Below, piece by piece: positions 55,588-64,000 of a stretch of 64,000 nucleotides of DNA. The DNA is taken from assembly GCA_001793155.1 (NCBI GenBank), contig MGHI01000020.1, forward strand, positions 9,898 through 73,897. Reading direction: 5' to 3'. Numbering within the stretch: position 1 is the stretch's first letter; every line of letters starts with the position of its first letter. Source of the DNA: Candidatus Woesebacteria bacterium RIFCSPLOWO2_01_FULL_39_61. GTDB lineage: Bacteria; Patescibacteriota; Microgenomatia; UBA8517. A model generated the notes under the pieces. The model had not been told where the DNA came from, made no database searches, and was given only the letters and a program-made list of their open reading frames with translations. The translations under genes and the position numbers were made by a program.

Positions 55588-56496
55588 ATGAAAAAAAATT
55601 TAAGTAAGGATTTTACGGTATCGGTGATTATTCCGAATTATAACGGCTTTGAACTTCTGGAGAAGAATTTACCCAAGGTTATTAGTGCATTTCATAATAC
55701 TAAAAATAAAATCACTCAAATTATAATCATCGATGATGGCTCGACCGATAATAGCATCAAACTGATTAAGGAGAAATTTAAGGAGGTCACTCTCGTTAGG
55801 CATAAAATTAATAGGGGATTTATTGCCAGTGTAAATACTGGTGCAAGGACGGCATCGGGAGAGCTGTTGGCGCTACTTAATAACGACGTTGCACCCAGTG
55901 AGAACTTCCTGGAGTCGGTAAATTTAGTCTTTGAAAATCCAAAGGTCTTTGCAGTTTCGCTGCACGAAAAGGGTTATGCCTGGGCAAAGGGTTATTTTAA
56001 AGATGGTTTTATAGTCCATGCATCCGGCAGAGAAACTGATCAAGTTCGTGAAACGTTTTGGGTTAGTGGCGGGACTGGAGTTTTCAGAAGGGAATATTGG
56101 ATGAAATTGGGGGGAATGGATGAAAAGTTGTTAAGTCCTTTTTATTGGGAAGATGTAGATATTTCATATCGGGCAATGAAACGAGGATGGGTGAACCTTT
56201 GGGACCCGGAGGCTAAAGTAGTCCATGAGCATGAATCAACAGTTAAGAACATCGACAAAGTTTACAGAACAAGAATACAGGAAAGAAACCAGCTTATTTT
56301 TATTTGGAAGAATTTAACCTCGGGTAATTTAATCAAGAAACATATTTTAGGTTTAGTTTCCAGATTATCCGGACACCCAAAATATTTTATAATCGTTGCG
56401 ATGGCTCTAGGTAAGATTAGATTGATATTGAAAGCCAGAAGAAGAGAATTAAAGGAGTCTAAAGTCTCAGACGAGGCAATTTTAGGTAAATTTTGA
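55588..56496 (+). CDS. GT2 glycosyltransferase (rhamnosyltransferase/WbbL-like)
   Basis: IIPNYNG, DDGSTD, NRGFIASVN, LLNND, GGMDE, YWEDVDISYR, HEHEST. Confidence 0.88.
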   Translation: MKKNLSKDFTVSVIIPNYNGFELLEKNLPKVISAFHNTKNKITQIIIIDDGSTDNSIKLIKEKFKEVTLVRHKINRGFIASVNTGARTASGELLALLNNDVAPSENFLESVNLVFENPKVFAVSLHEKGYAWAKGYFKDGFIVHASGRETDQVRETFWVSGGTGVFRREYWMKLGGMDEKLLSPFYWEDVDISYRAMKRGWVNLWDPEAKVVHEHESTVKNIDKVYRTRIQERNQLIFIWKNLTSGNLIKKHILGLVSRLSGHPKYFIIVAMALGKIRLILKARRRELKESKVSDEAILGKF

Positions 56497-56526
56497 AGAA
56501 ATTGTCTATAATTCTAATGGACAACT

Positions 56527-57135
56527 ATGAATAATAAAATTAAATTTATATTCTTTGATGTCGGAGGAGTTTTTTGCGACACAGAACTCATATACGATGA
56601 ACTTTCTTTAAAGTTTGGAAGAAATAGGGATCATATGAAAGCATCGCATGTCAAATATGTAAACCTGGCATGCCTGGGGGGTCTTTCCGTGCACGATGTT
56701 TGGGATTTAATCAGGGAAGATTTGGAAATAAATCCTAAAGACAACTTCAATTTTTTAGAATTTTCTACAGATAAACTTATCCCGATACCGTTAGCCCATG
56801 AATTAGCAAAAGAGTTAGCCCACAGTTATAAGATTGGACTTATTACCGACGTAGAGCGCGATGTGTTTGAAAAAAGTCTGGAAAAGGGAAATGTTCCTGA
56901 TATAAACTACTCGGCTATCATAAAGTCTTCTGACCATAAAATTATTAAACCTGATGTTAGAATTTATCAGATTGCAGAGGAAAAATCCGGTGCGACAGGA
57001 CCCGAGATATTATATGTGGAGGATGTAGCAGAAAATGTGGAAGCCGCACAAAAATTCGGATGGAAGGCAGTAAGGTTCTTGACTAACGATCCGGAAGCTT
57101 CAATTAAACAAATCAAAAGTATATTATCCGGATAA
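56527..57135 (+). CDS. HAD family phosphatase (YihX-like)
   Basis: FFDVGGV, LITD, KPDVRIY, VEDVAENVEAA..GW. Confidence 0.88.
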   Translation: MNNKIKFIFFDVGGVFCDTELIYDELSLKFGRNRDHMKASHVKYVNLACLGGLSVHDVWDLIREDLEINPKDNFNFLEFSTDKLIPIPLAHELAKELAHSYKIGLITDVERDVFEKSLEKGNVPDINYSAIIKSSDHKIIKPDVRIYQIAEEKSGATGPEILYVEDVAENVEAAQKFGWKAVRFLTNDPEASIKQIKSILSG

Positions 57136-57137
57136 AA

Positions 57138-58874
57138 GTGTTTAAAAAAAAGATAAACTTGTATCTTTTGATAACCCTTTTGTTAGCAGGTTTATTAAGA
57201 ATTTGGAAATTAAATAAGGTTCCTGTTTCCTTATTTGCGGACGAATTAGACGTTGGATATCAAGCTTATTCGATTATTCACACGGGCCGGGATTACTTTG
57301 GCAATCTCTTACCTCTTCATTTTCACTCTTATGCGGATTTTCGCGCACCTTTTTATATTTATTCTGCAATTCCGACTGTCGCGATATCCGGAATTTCTGC
57401 CTGGGGAGTCCGTCTTCCTGCAGCCATATTTGGGACTTTAGGTGTTTTGGGAATATATTTACTGGTTGAAGAAATTTTAAAAATTGAAAAATTTAAAGCA
57501 ATCAACGGCCGGAAATTGGCATTTGTTTCGGCTTTAGTATTAACTTTTTCCCCCTGGCACATTCAATATTCCCGCGCAGCATTTGAGGTTACAGAGCTAT
57601 TGTTTTTTTACCTTATCGGCTTTTATTTTTTCTTTAAGTTTTTACGATCCAGAAAATATCTATGGGCATCGGTTCTGTCTTTTTCAATTACTCCCTGGAT
57701 TTATTCAACGGCAAAGCTTTTTACATCTTTGATTTTTATATTCCTTTTTTTAGCTTGGCGAAAAGACTTAATTAAGTTGTCTATGAGACAGAAATTGAAT
57801 ACAATAATTATCGCAGGAGTTTTGTGGCTTCCTTTGTTATATGCAAACCTTTTCGGAGGAGCATCCTTTCGGTTTAACTACATTAGCATTTTTACGAATC
57901 CTACAACACCCGGTGAAGTTCAAAACCTAAGACTTAATGACGCTCGGGTAAGAGAAAGATATGGAGGAGGTATCTTACAAAAAGTGGCAAGCCGGCTGAT
58001 CCATAATAAATATCTATTCTGGAGTGAAAGGATTGTCGATAATTATTTTAAAACCGCCTCATCCGAGTTTCTTTTCGTAGAAGGCGATCCGAATTTACGG
58101 CATTCGATAAACAAAATCGGACAATTTTATAAAATCGAGGCAATCGCACTAATTTTGGGAGCGATTTTCTTTTTCGTATCAAAAACTGGGAGAAAATTAA
58201 AATTACTGATTTCCTTCTGGATATTCGCTGGTATTTTTCCTTCAGCTCTGACGCGCGATGGGGGAAACCACGCAACTCGTCTAATTTTAATTCTCCCGCC
58301 TTTGATATTTTTGATTTCGTTTGGAATTATCGACTCTATAGATAAGCTTAAAGGGAAGTTGAAATATATTATTGTAGTGCTTTATTTAGGGTTTTGGCTT
58401 TTGGATTTCGGTCTTTACCAACACCTTTACTGGATTCACAATCCCTGGTATAGCGAACGATCTTGGCACGCCGGCTATAAAGAGGCAGTATTGGCAGCTA
58501 AAAAATTTGAAGACGATTACGGAAAGATAATATTTTCCAACGCCAGCGACGACCCGCGAATCTTTTTAGCATCTTATTATCCTTATTACCCCCAGCTTTG
58601 GCAAAATGGAATGTTAGAAGAAACAGTTCCAGGTTTCGGAAACATAGAGCATATGGGTAAATTCTACTTTGGACAGGTTGACGGTGAGATTGGCATAGAT
58701 AAAATTTCTGATTTCTTAGCTATGGATACCTTATATATCGCTGCGTCCAGAGAAATTCAAGGGAATTTAATAAGGGATCCAGGTAAAGTTCCGCAAGGGC
58801 TTAAACTCGTTGAATCAGTTTCTTATCCTTCTGGAGAACCCGCTTTTTATCTTTTCGAGCGAAGCGAGAAATGA
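57138..58874 (+). CDS. GT-C glycosyltransferase (PMT_2-like), family B
   Basis: LFADELDVGYQAYSI..TGRD, VRLP, SPWHIQYSR..FE, FLFVEGDPNLRH, HATR. Confidence 0.85.
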   Translation: MFKKKINLYLLITLLLAGLLRIWKLNKVPVSLFADELDVGYQAYSIIHTGRDYFGNLLPLHFHSYADFRAPFYIYSAIPTVAISGISAWGVRLPAAIFGTLGVLGIYLLVEEILKIEKFKAINGRKLAFVSALVLTFSPWHIQYSRAAFEVTELLFFYLIGFYFFFKFLRSRKYLWASVLSFSITPWIYSTAKLFTSLIFIFLFLAWRKDLIKLSMRQKLNTIIIAGVLWLPLLYANLFGGASFRFNYISIFTNPTTPGEVQNLRLNDARVRERYGGGILQKVASRLIHNKYLFWSERIVDNYFKTASSEFLFVEGDPNLRHSINKIGQFYKIEAIALILGAIFFFVSKTGRKLKLLISFWIFAGIFPSALTRDGGNHATRLILILPPLIFLISFGIIDSIDKLKGKLKYIIVVLYLGFWLLDFGLYQHLYWIHNPWYSERSWHAGYKEAVLAAKKFEDDYGKIIFSNASDDPRIFLASYYPYYPQLWQNGMLEETVPGFGNIEHMGKFYFGQVDGEIGIDKISDFLAMDTLYIAASREIQGNLIRDPGKVPQGLKLVESVSYPSGEPAFYLFERSEK

Positions 58875-58960
58875 CAAGACTTACTTATTTTTTTGAACGC
58901 ATTGAGAAATAATATGCTTTGCTTACGCTTTTATTAAGAAATGATCTATAATTTCTTAAT

Positions 58961-59911
58961 ATGCACACCCTTTCCGTTATAGTTCCCTTTTTCAACGAAG
59001 TAGAGAATTTACCAATTTTACATAAAGAATTAGTAGAGGTTTTGAAAAAGTTAGGTATTGAAAGCGAAATTGTCTATGTCAACGATGGGAGTTCCGATGA
59101 TTCCCTAAATGTTTTGAAAAAAGAAGTCGGCAGGACCAAAGGTAGTATACCGACAAAAGTAATTGAATTTAAAAAGAATTTTGGCCAGACCGCGGCTGTA
59201 GTTGCCGGGATAGACAACGTAGATGGAAAATATGTTTCTTTTCTTGATGCAGATTTGCAAAATGATCCTCATGATATTCCGAGGTTTATGCAAAAATTGA
59301 ATGAAGGGTATGACGCAGTATTCGGCTGGAGAAAAGAAAGAAAAGATACAAACTTAAGAAGTTTTTTATCAAGGATGGCAAATACTATAATTAATGTCGT
59401 GTTTGCCTATCCTTATCATGACGTCGGTTGTTCGGCAAGAATAGTAAAAAAAGAATATTTAAACAATTTACAACTTTACGGAGAACTTCACAGGATAATG
59501 CCTGTTCTTATTTATTTAAAAGGTGCCAAGATTGGAGAGATTGTTGTCACTCATAGGGCAAGAAAGGCGGGTAAGTCAAAATACGGTTTCGAAAGAATAG
59601 TTAAGACGATAATTGATATTATTACTGTAAAGTTTTTGACTTCCTATGGGACCAGACCGGCTTATGTATTTGGTTCTTTTGGTTTAGTCAGTTTGTTTAT
59701 AAGCGGCACAGCGCTACTGGGTTCGGCTTACAAAAAGATTTTTTTAGGAGTGTTTGTCCATACAGACCCTCTTTTCATGATTGCCATATTTTTTGGATTA
59801 GTCGGAATACAGTTTGTTTTGATGGGACTTCTTGCCGAACTCCAAGTCCGTACCTACTTCGAATCGCAAAAAAAATCTATTTATGAAATTAAGACTGTCA
59901 GTAAACTTTAA
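58961..59911 (+). CDS. ArnC/GtrB-like polyprenol-phosphate glycosyltransferase (GT2) with two C-terminal TM helices
   Basis: VPFFNE, VNDGSSD, NFGQTAA, DADLQNDP, GWR..RKD, ELHR, HRAR..GKSKY. Confidence 0.92.
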   Translation: MHTLSVIVPFFNEVENLPILHKELVEVLKKLGIESEIVYVNDGSSDDSLNVLKKEVGRTKGSIPTKVIEFKKNFGQTAAVVAGIDNVDGKYVSFLDADLQNDPHDIPRFMQKLNEGYDAVFGWRKERKDTNLRSFLSRMANTIINVVFAYPYHDVGCSARIVKKEYLNNLQLYGELHRIMPVLIYLKGAKIGEIVVTHRARKAGKSKYGFERIVKTIIDIITVKFLTSYGTRPAYVFGSFGLVSLFISGTALLGSAYKKIFLGVFVHTDPLFMIAIFFGLVGIQFVLMGLLAELQVRTYFESQKKSIYEIKTVSKL

Positions 59912-61755
59912 TGTGTGGGATAGCAGGTTATGTGGATTTTGAAGGTGAGACCGACCCAAAAGTATTGGGTAGAATGACTGACTCGATCGCTTATCGCGGG
60001 CCGGACTCTTCAGGAAAATACTTCAATAAAGATAAATCAGTCGGGCTGGGCATTAGGAGATTGAGTATCATTGATTTAGCAACAGGTGACCAGCCGATAA
60101 AAAATGAGGACGGGAACGTTGTTGTCGTTTACAACGGCGAGATTTATGGTTATAAAAATCTTCGCGACGATCTTATCAAAAACGGACATAAGTTAAAAAC
60201 AAAAAGCGACACCGAAACGCTGGTGCATTTATATGAGCAATACGGCGAAAAAATGGCGGGTATGTTAAACGGTATGTTTGCATTCGTGATTTGGGACGAA
60301 AAAAATCAAAAGCTTTTCATTGCAAAAGACAGATACGGAATTAAACCGTTGTATTATACCGTAGTCGGCAAAAAGTTGATTTTTGGTTCCGAACCCAAAT
60401 CAATTTTGAGTAACTCCGGATTTAAAAAAGCTGTCTCCGACGAAGGTCTGAGTTCATATTTTTATTTAGGGTACACCCTAGGTGAAAAGTCGATCTACAG
60501 GAATATTTTTAAATTACTTCCCGGTCACTATTTGACTTTCGATAAGTGGGGGTTGAAAGTCCAAAGCTATTTTGAGCTAGGACAAAATAAAGAACTAGAA
60601 AATGCTAATTTGGATTCGCTTTTGGAAAAGTCAGTCCAAACTCAATTAATTTCTGATGTTCCGGTTGGTGTTTTTCTAAGCGGAGGATTAGATTCAAGCT
60701 TAATAGCTTACTATATTTCGAAGTTTAAAAAACTAAAATCCTTTTCAATCGGGTTTAAGGAGGAAGGATATGATGAATCCTTCCATGCCCACTATGTAGC
60801 GAAAAAAATAGGGACGGAACACTATAGCGAAGAATATTCACCTGAAGATGTTATCGATTCTTTTAATCAAATTACCTCAAGACTGGATGAACCATTTGCG
60901 GACGCGTCTTTGTTTCCTACATTCAAAGTCAGTAAGCTTGCCAGGCAATATGTAAAGGTTGTTTTATCTGGCGACGGTGGAGATGAGCTTTTCGGTGGTT
61001 ATCCGACATATCAAGCGCACTTGTTTAAAAATTACGTGGATAAACTTTACTTTCTTAACGGCGATACGCTTTTAAGTTTCCTGAATTTTACTCCGGATTT
61101 TTTGCTTAATCTTTTGCCGGTATCGTTTAAAGACTATCCGAAAAAAAAATTGGCTAAAATTGTCCTTAATGGATTGAAAATAAAAGATTCGGATCAGAGG
61201 CACTTTTACTGGATGAGAACTTTTTTCTTGGGCGAAGAGCGTATTTACCAGAAGGACCATAATAAAAGCGAATTAAAATTAAGCTTAAGTTATAAACTTG
61301 ATGATACGCATATAAATGTCGGACAGTTGATTGATTTCCATTCTTATTTGCCGGATGATTTTTTCTTTAAAGTCGATAGAGCCTCCATGTATAACTCTCT
61401 CGAGGTAAGGGTTCCATTTATGGATAATAATGTAGTTGACTATGCCTTTTCCACAAAAAAAACACACCTTAATTTACTTAAAACAAAAATTCAATTGAGA
61501 TCTTTGCTTAAAGAAAAACTGCCCGAAATAGCAAAAAGACCAAAAAAAGGCTTTGGTATACCTTTGGAAATCTGGCTTAAGGGGGATCTGAAGGAGCTGG
61601 GAAAGGCAGCGATTTCCAACGAAAAAATGTATGAATATGTAAATGAAAAAAAGATCAAAAAACTGTGGGATGATCATCAAAGCGGGGAGAAGAATAACTC
61701 GGGAAATTTGTGGCTTCTGATTATGTTTTCTGGATGGCTCAAAAATTGGAGTTGA
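59911..61755 (+). CDS. asnB: asparagine synthase (glutamine-hydrolysing)-like amidotransferase
   Basis: MCGIAG, RGPD, RRLSIIDL, NGEIY, DRYGIKPLYY, LSGGLDSS, SGDGGDELFGGY, EVRVPF, KKGF. Confidence 0.93.
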   Translation: MCGIAGYVDFEGETDPKVLGRMTDSIAYRGPDSSGKYFNKDKSVGLGIRRLSIIDLATGDQPIKNEDGNVVVVYNGEIYGYKNLRDDLIKNGHKLKTKSDTETLVHLYEQYGEKMAGMLNGMFAFVIWDEKNQKLFIAKDRYGIKPLYYTVVGKKLIFGSEPKSILSNSGFKKAVSDEGLSSYFYLGYTLGEKSIYRNIFKLLPGHYLTFDKWGLKVQSYFELGQNKELENANLDSLLEKSVQTQLISDVPVGVFLSGGLDSSLIAYYISKFKKLKSFSIGFKEEGYDESFHAHYVAKKIGTEHYSEEYSPEDVIDSFNQITSRLDEPFADASLFPTFKVSKLARQYVKVVLSGDGGDELFGGYPTYQAHLFKNYVDKLYFLNGDTLLSFLNFTPDFLLNLLPVSFKDYPKKKLAKIVLNGLKIKDSDQRHFYWMRTFFLGEERIYQKDHNKSELKLSLSYKLDDTHINVGQLIDFHSYLPDDFFFKVDRASMYNSLEVRVPFMDNNVVDYAFSTKKTHLNLLKTKIQLRSLLKEKLPEIAKRPKKGFGIPLEIWLKGDLKELGKAAISNEKMYEYVNEKKIKKLWDDHQSGEKNNSGNLWLLIMFSGWLKNWS

Positions 61756-61792
61756 TCTGGTTGTCAGCTCTTCTTTGAGTTAAAATTAGACA

Positions 61793-63487
61793 GTGACGTC
61801 AAAGAATTTCAAAAATAAAGCCCTTTTTCTTTTGGTTATATTTTGTTTTACGGTGGGGATTTTTTTGAGAGTTTGGAAAATTAATCGAGTGCCTCCCGAG
61901 CTCTTCGGCGATGAACTAGACGTCGGACTCCAGGCTTATTCTATAGCTACAACAGGCAAAGATTATTTAGGAAATAAACTGCCTGTAATGTTTCACTCCT
62001 TCTCAGAATATCGTCTGCCCATGCAGCTTTATTTTGACGTCCCCTTCGTGAAGTTATTCGGTTTAAACGAAATCGGAGTAAGAAGCCCCTCGGTTTTTAT
62101 GGGTTTTTTGAGTTTAATTTTCATTTACTTACTAGCTAAGGAAATTTTCACTAAAAGGTTGGCTTTAATAACGACCGTTTTTTTAATGATTTCACCATGG
62201 CATTTTAATTTTTCCCGTCAGGCTAATGACGCAGGCATTTTACTTCCTTTTTTATTAGCCGGGACGTGGTTATTTATAAAAGGTCTCAAAAATTACAAGT
62301 ATTTATTTGCCTCAGTCGTAACGTTTGCCTTGAGTATTTATTCATACACAATTGCCACCGCTTTTACCCCGCTTTATTTTCTGTCTTTGGTAATAATTTT
62401 CAGAAAGGAATTGCAAAAATACCCCTTCACAAAGCTTTTTTGGATCGGAATCGTGGGTCTTTTGTTAATCTTTCCTTACATTAACTTCACGCTTAAAGGT
62501 ATTTCAACCCAACGCTTTTCCTATATAAGCTCTATTTCGGAAGATAAACTTATGGAAGAAATAGTTGCGAAAAGGAGATGGTCAAAGTCATTTTTAACAA
62601 GAGCGCTATATAACAAAATTACCGTGGGAACGGAAATAGTGTTTAAAAATTATTCCAGAAGTATGTCTTTTAACTTTCTTTTTACCGAGGGGGATCCTAA
62701 TATGCGACAGGGAATAGAGGGTTTTGGACAGTTTTATCATTATGATGCCGTACTGATATTTTTGGGTCTAATTTATTCCTTTTGGAATATAAGGAAGGGT
62801 TCTAAAAACACTAAATTCTATTTATTAATATTTCTTTGGCTACTCTTTTCACCTTTACCTTCCGCTCTGACAAAAGACGGCGGTTACCACGCCTCGCGTC
62901 TTATTTTAATGCTTCCACCTTTAATTTTACTTTCGGCGTTGGGATTTCAATCACTGATCAAAAGTGCAACTAAGATTAAAATGAAAGCATTATTCGGGGT
63001 TTTTATCATCTTCATGCTTTTGGACTTTACCAGGTTTGTCCACAGGTATTTTACTATTTGGCCTAAAGAGGGCTGGCGATTTTGGCAGACCGGTTTTAAG
63101 GAAACTTTAGCTTTTGTAAAATCTCAGGACAACAAATATCAAAGAATATTTTTAAACAATACCTACGAACCGATGCTGCCGCGTTTCCTTTTTTGGTATG
63201 GGTACGACATGGATCTTTTCCAAAAACAATTTGTGAAAGATGTACCCACAGAGAATATTTACCCCGGGTTTAACGGTTTTAAGCTTGGGGATAAATATTA
63301 TTTTGGAGAAATCCTGAAGCCGGTAGAGGGGTTGGCCAATAATGACAATTTGATCATAGCTTCCGGAGAAAAAGATATAACAAATCCCGCTATTTTTGAT
63401 AACGGAGGACTTGAGCTGCTTGAGGTTGTCTCTTCGCCAACCAAAATTCCAATTTTTTATGTATTTACAACCAAACAAACACCCTGA
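61793..63487 (+). CDS. GT-C glycosyltransferase (PMT_2-like), family B
   Basis: LFGDELDVGLQAYSI..TGKD, SPWHFNFSR, FLFTEGDPNMR, HASR; clear paralog of 57138-58874. Confidence 0.85.
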   Translation: MTSKNFKNKALFLLVIFCFTVGIFLRVWKINRVPPELFGDELDVGLQAYSIATTGKDYLGNKLPVMFHSFSEYRLPMQLYFDVPFVKLFGLNEIGVRSPSVFMGFLSLIFIYLLAKEIFTKRLALITTVFLMISPWHFNFSRQANDAGILLPFLLAGTWLFIKGLKNYKYLFASVVTFALSIYSYTIATAFTPLYFLSLVIIFRKELQKYPFTKLFWIGIVGLLLIFPYINFTLKGISTQRFSYISSISEDKLMEEIVAKRRWSKSFLTRALYNKITVGTEIVFKNYSRSMSFNFLFTEGDPNMRQGIEGFGQFYHYDAVLIFLGLIYSFWNIRKGSKNTKFYLLIFLWLLFSPLPSALTKDGGYHASRLILMLPPLILLSALGFQSLIKSATKIKMKALFGVFIIFMLLDFTRFVHRYFTIWPKEGWRFWQTGFKETLAFVKSQDNKYQRIFLNNTYEPMLPRFLFWYGYDMDLFQKQFVKDVPTENIYPGFNGFKLGDKYYFGEILKPVEGLANNDNLIIASGEKDITNPAIFDNGGLELLEVVSSPTKIPIFYVFTTKQTP

Positions 63488-63496
63488 ATAAATTAA

Positions 63497-64000
63497 GTGA
63501 AAGATAAAATACTATTATTTTTGATTATCATATCAGCACTTACCTTAAGAGTGGTTGGGATTTCAAAGTATCCGGTTGGATTGACGCAGGACGAAGCCGC
63601 CCAGGGATATGATACCTATTCACTACTCTTAACTGCTAAAGATCAGTGGGGAAACAGTTTTCCGTTGACTTTTAGATCATTGGGTGATTTTAAGCTTCCT
63701 CTTTATACCTATTTGAGCATACCTTCCGTAGCTGCCTTCGGATTAAACGAGTTTGCAGTAAGACTTCCGAACGCGCTACTTGCCACAGTTTCCGTTTTAG
63801 TAACTTATTTAATGGTGAATAAATTGACGGGTAAAAAACAATTAGCTCTCTTGTCAGCATTATTATTCTCTATTTCTCCCTGGCACATAGCATTATCTAG
63901 AGGTGCTTTTGAAGCCAACTTAACTACTCTATTAATACCGATCGGAATCCTGGCTTTTTATAAGGGTTTAGAAAAACCGAAGTGGATGATTTTAGCGGCG
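63497..64000 (+). CDS. GT-C glycosyltransferase, family B, 3'-truncated by window edge
   Basis: GTG start; hand translation gives LRVVGISKYPVGLTQDEAAQGYDTYSLLLTAKDQWG...AVRLP...SPWHIALSRGAFEAN. Not in the ORF track. Confidence 0.85.
   Translation, partial: MKDKILLFLIIISALTLRVVGISKYPVGLTQDEAAQGYDTYSLLLTAKDQWGNSFPLTFRSLGDFKLPLYTYLSIPSVAAFGLNEFAVRLPNALLATVSVLVTYLMVNKLTGKKQLALLSALLFSISPWHIALSRGAFEANLTTLLIPIGILAFYKGLEKPKWMILAA

Noticed and set aside
1..64000. CRISPR array, tRNA, rRNA, integron or DGR
   Set aside because: No regularly spaced repeats, cloverleaf, integrase or reverse transcriptase was seen by eye. The 47-nt repeat pair at 3712/4654 differs at synonymous sites, not in an adenine-specific way.
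1..64000. Alternative genetic code (TGA read-through as in Gracilibacteria/SR1)
   Set aside because: Genes are full length under code 11 and TGA is used as a normal stop, often in ATGA overlaps.

Overview
AT-rich, gene-dense bacterial window, inferred to come from a Patescibacteria/CPR (Microgenomates-like) genome based on gene content, scarce Shine-Dalgarno sites and leaderless-type promoters. About 32 of roughly 53 genes are glycosyltransferases: 13 GT2 (five polyprenol-phosphate-sugar synthase-like, four tandem paralogs with a QxxRF motif), 2 GT4 and about 17 multi-pass GT-C-fold proteins in several paralog families. They sit with a GtrA domain, a Wzx flippase, sugar-tailoring enzymes (C-methyltransferase, RmlC, FkbM, class I methyltransferase, class III aminotransferase, AsnB, MFS/spermidine-synthase fusion), a clan GH-A hydrolase, and a sortase beside its likely LAATG substrate. 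A central stretch (14.3-23.6 kb) holds a REP-flanked RAYT transposase, trmD, pgeF, a MacAB-like exporter and nucleotide-handling genes. No rRNA, tRNA or CRISPR array was seen. The best candidate for an undescribed system is a very large lipid-linked-sugar (GT-C) extracytoplasmic glycosylation locus, possibly coupled to sortase-anchored surface proteins. All family calls come from motifs read by eye, not database searches.
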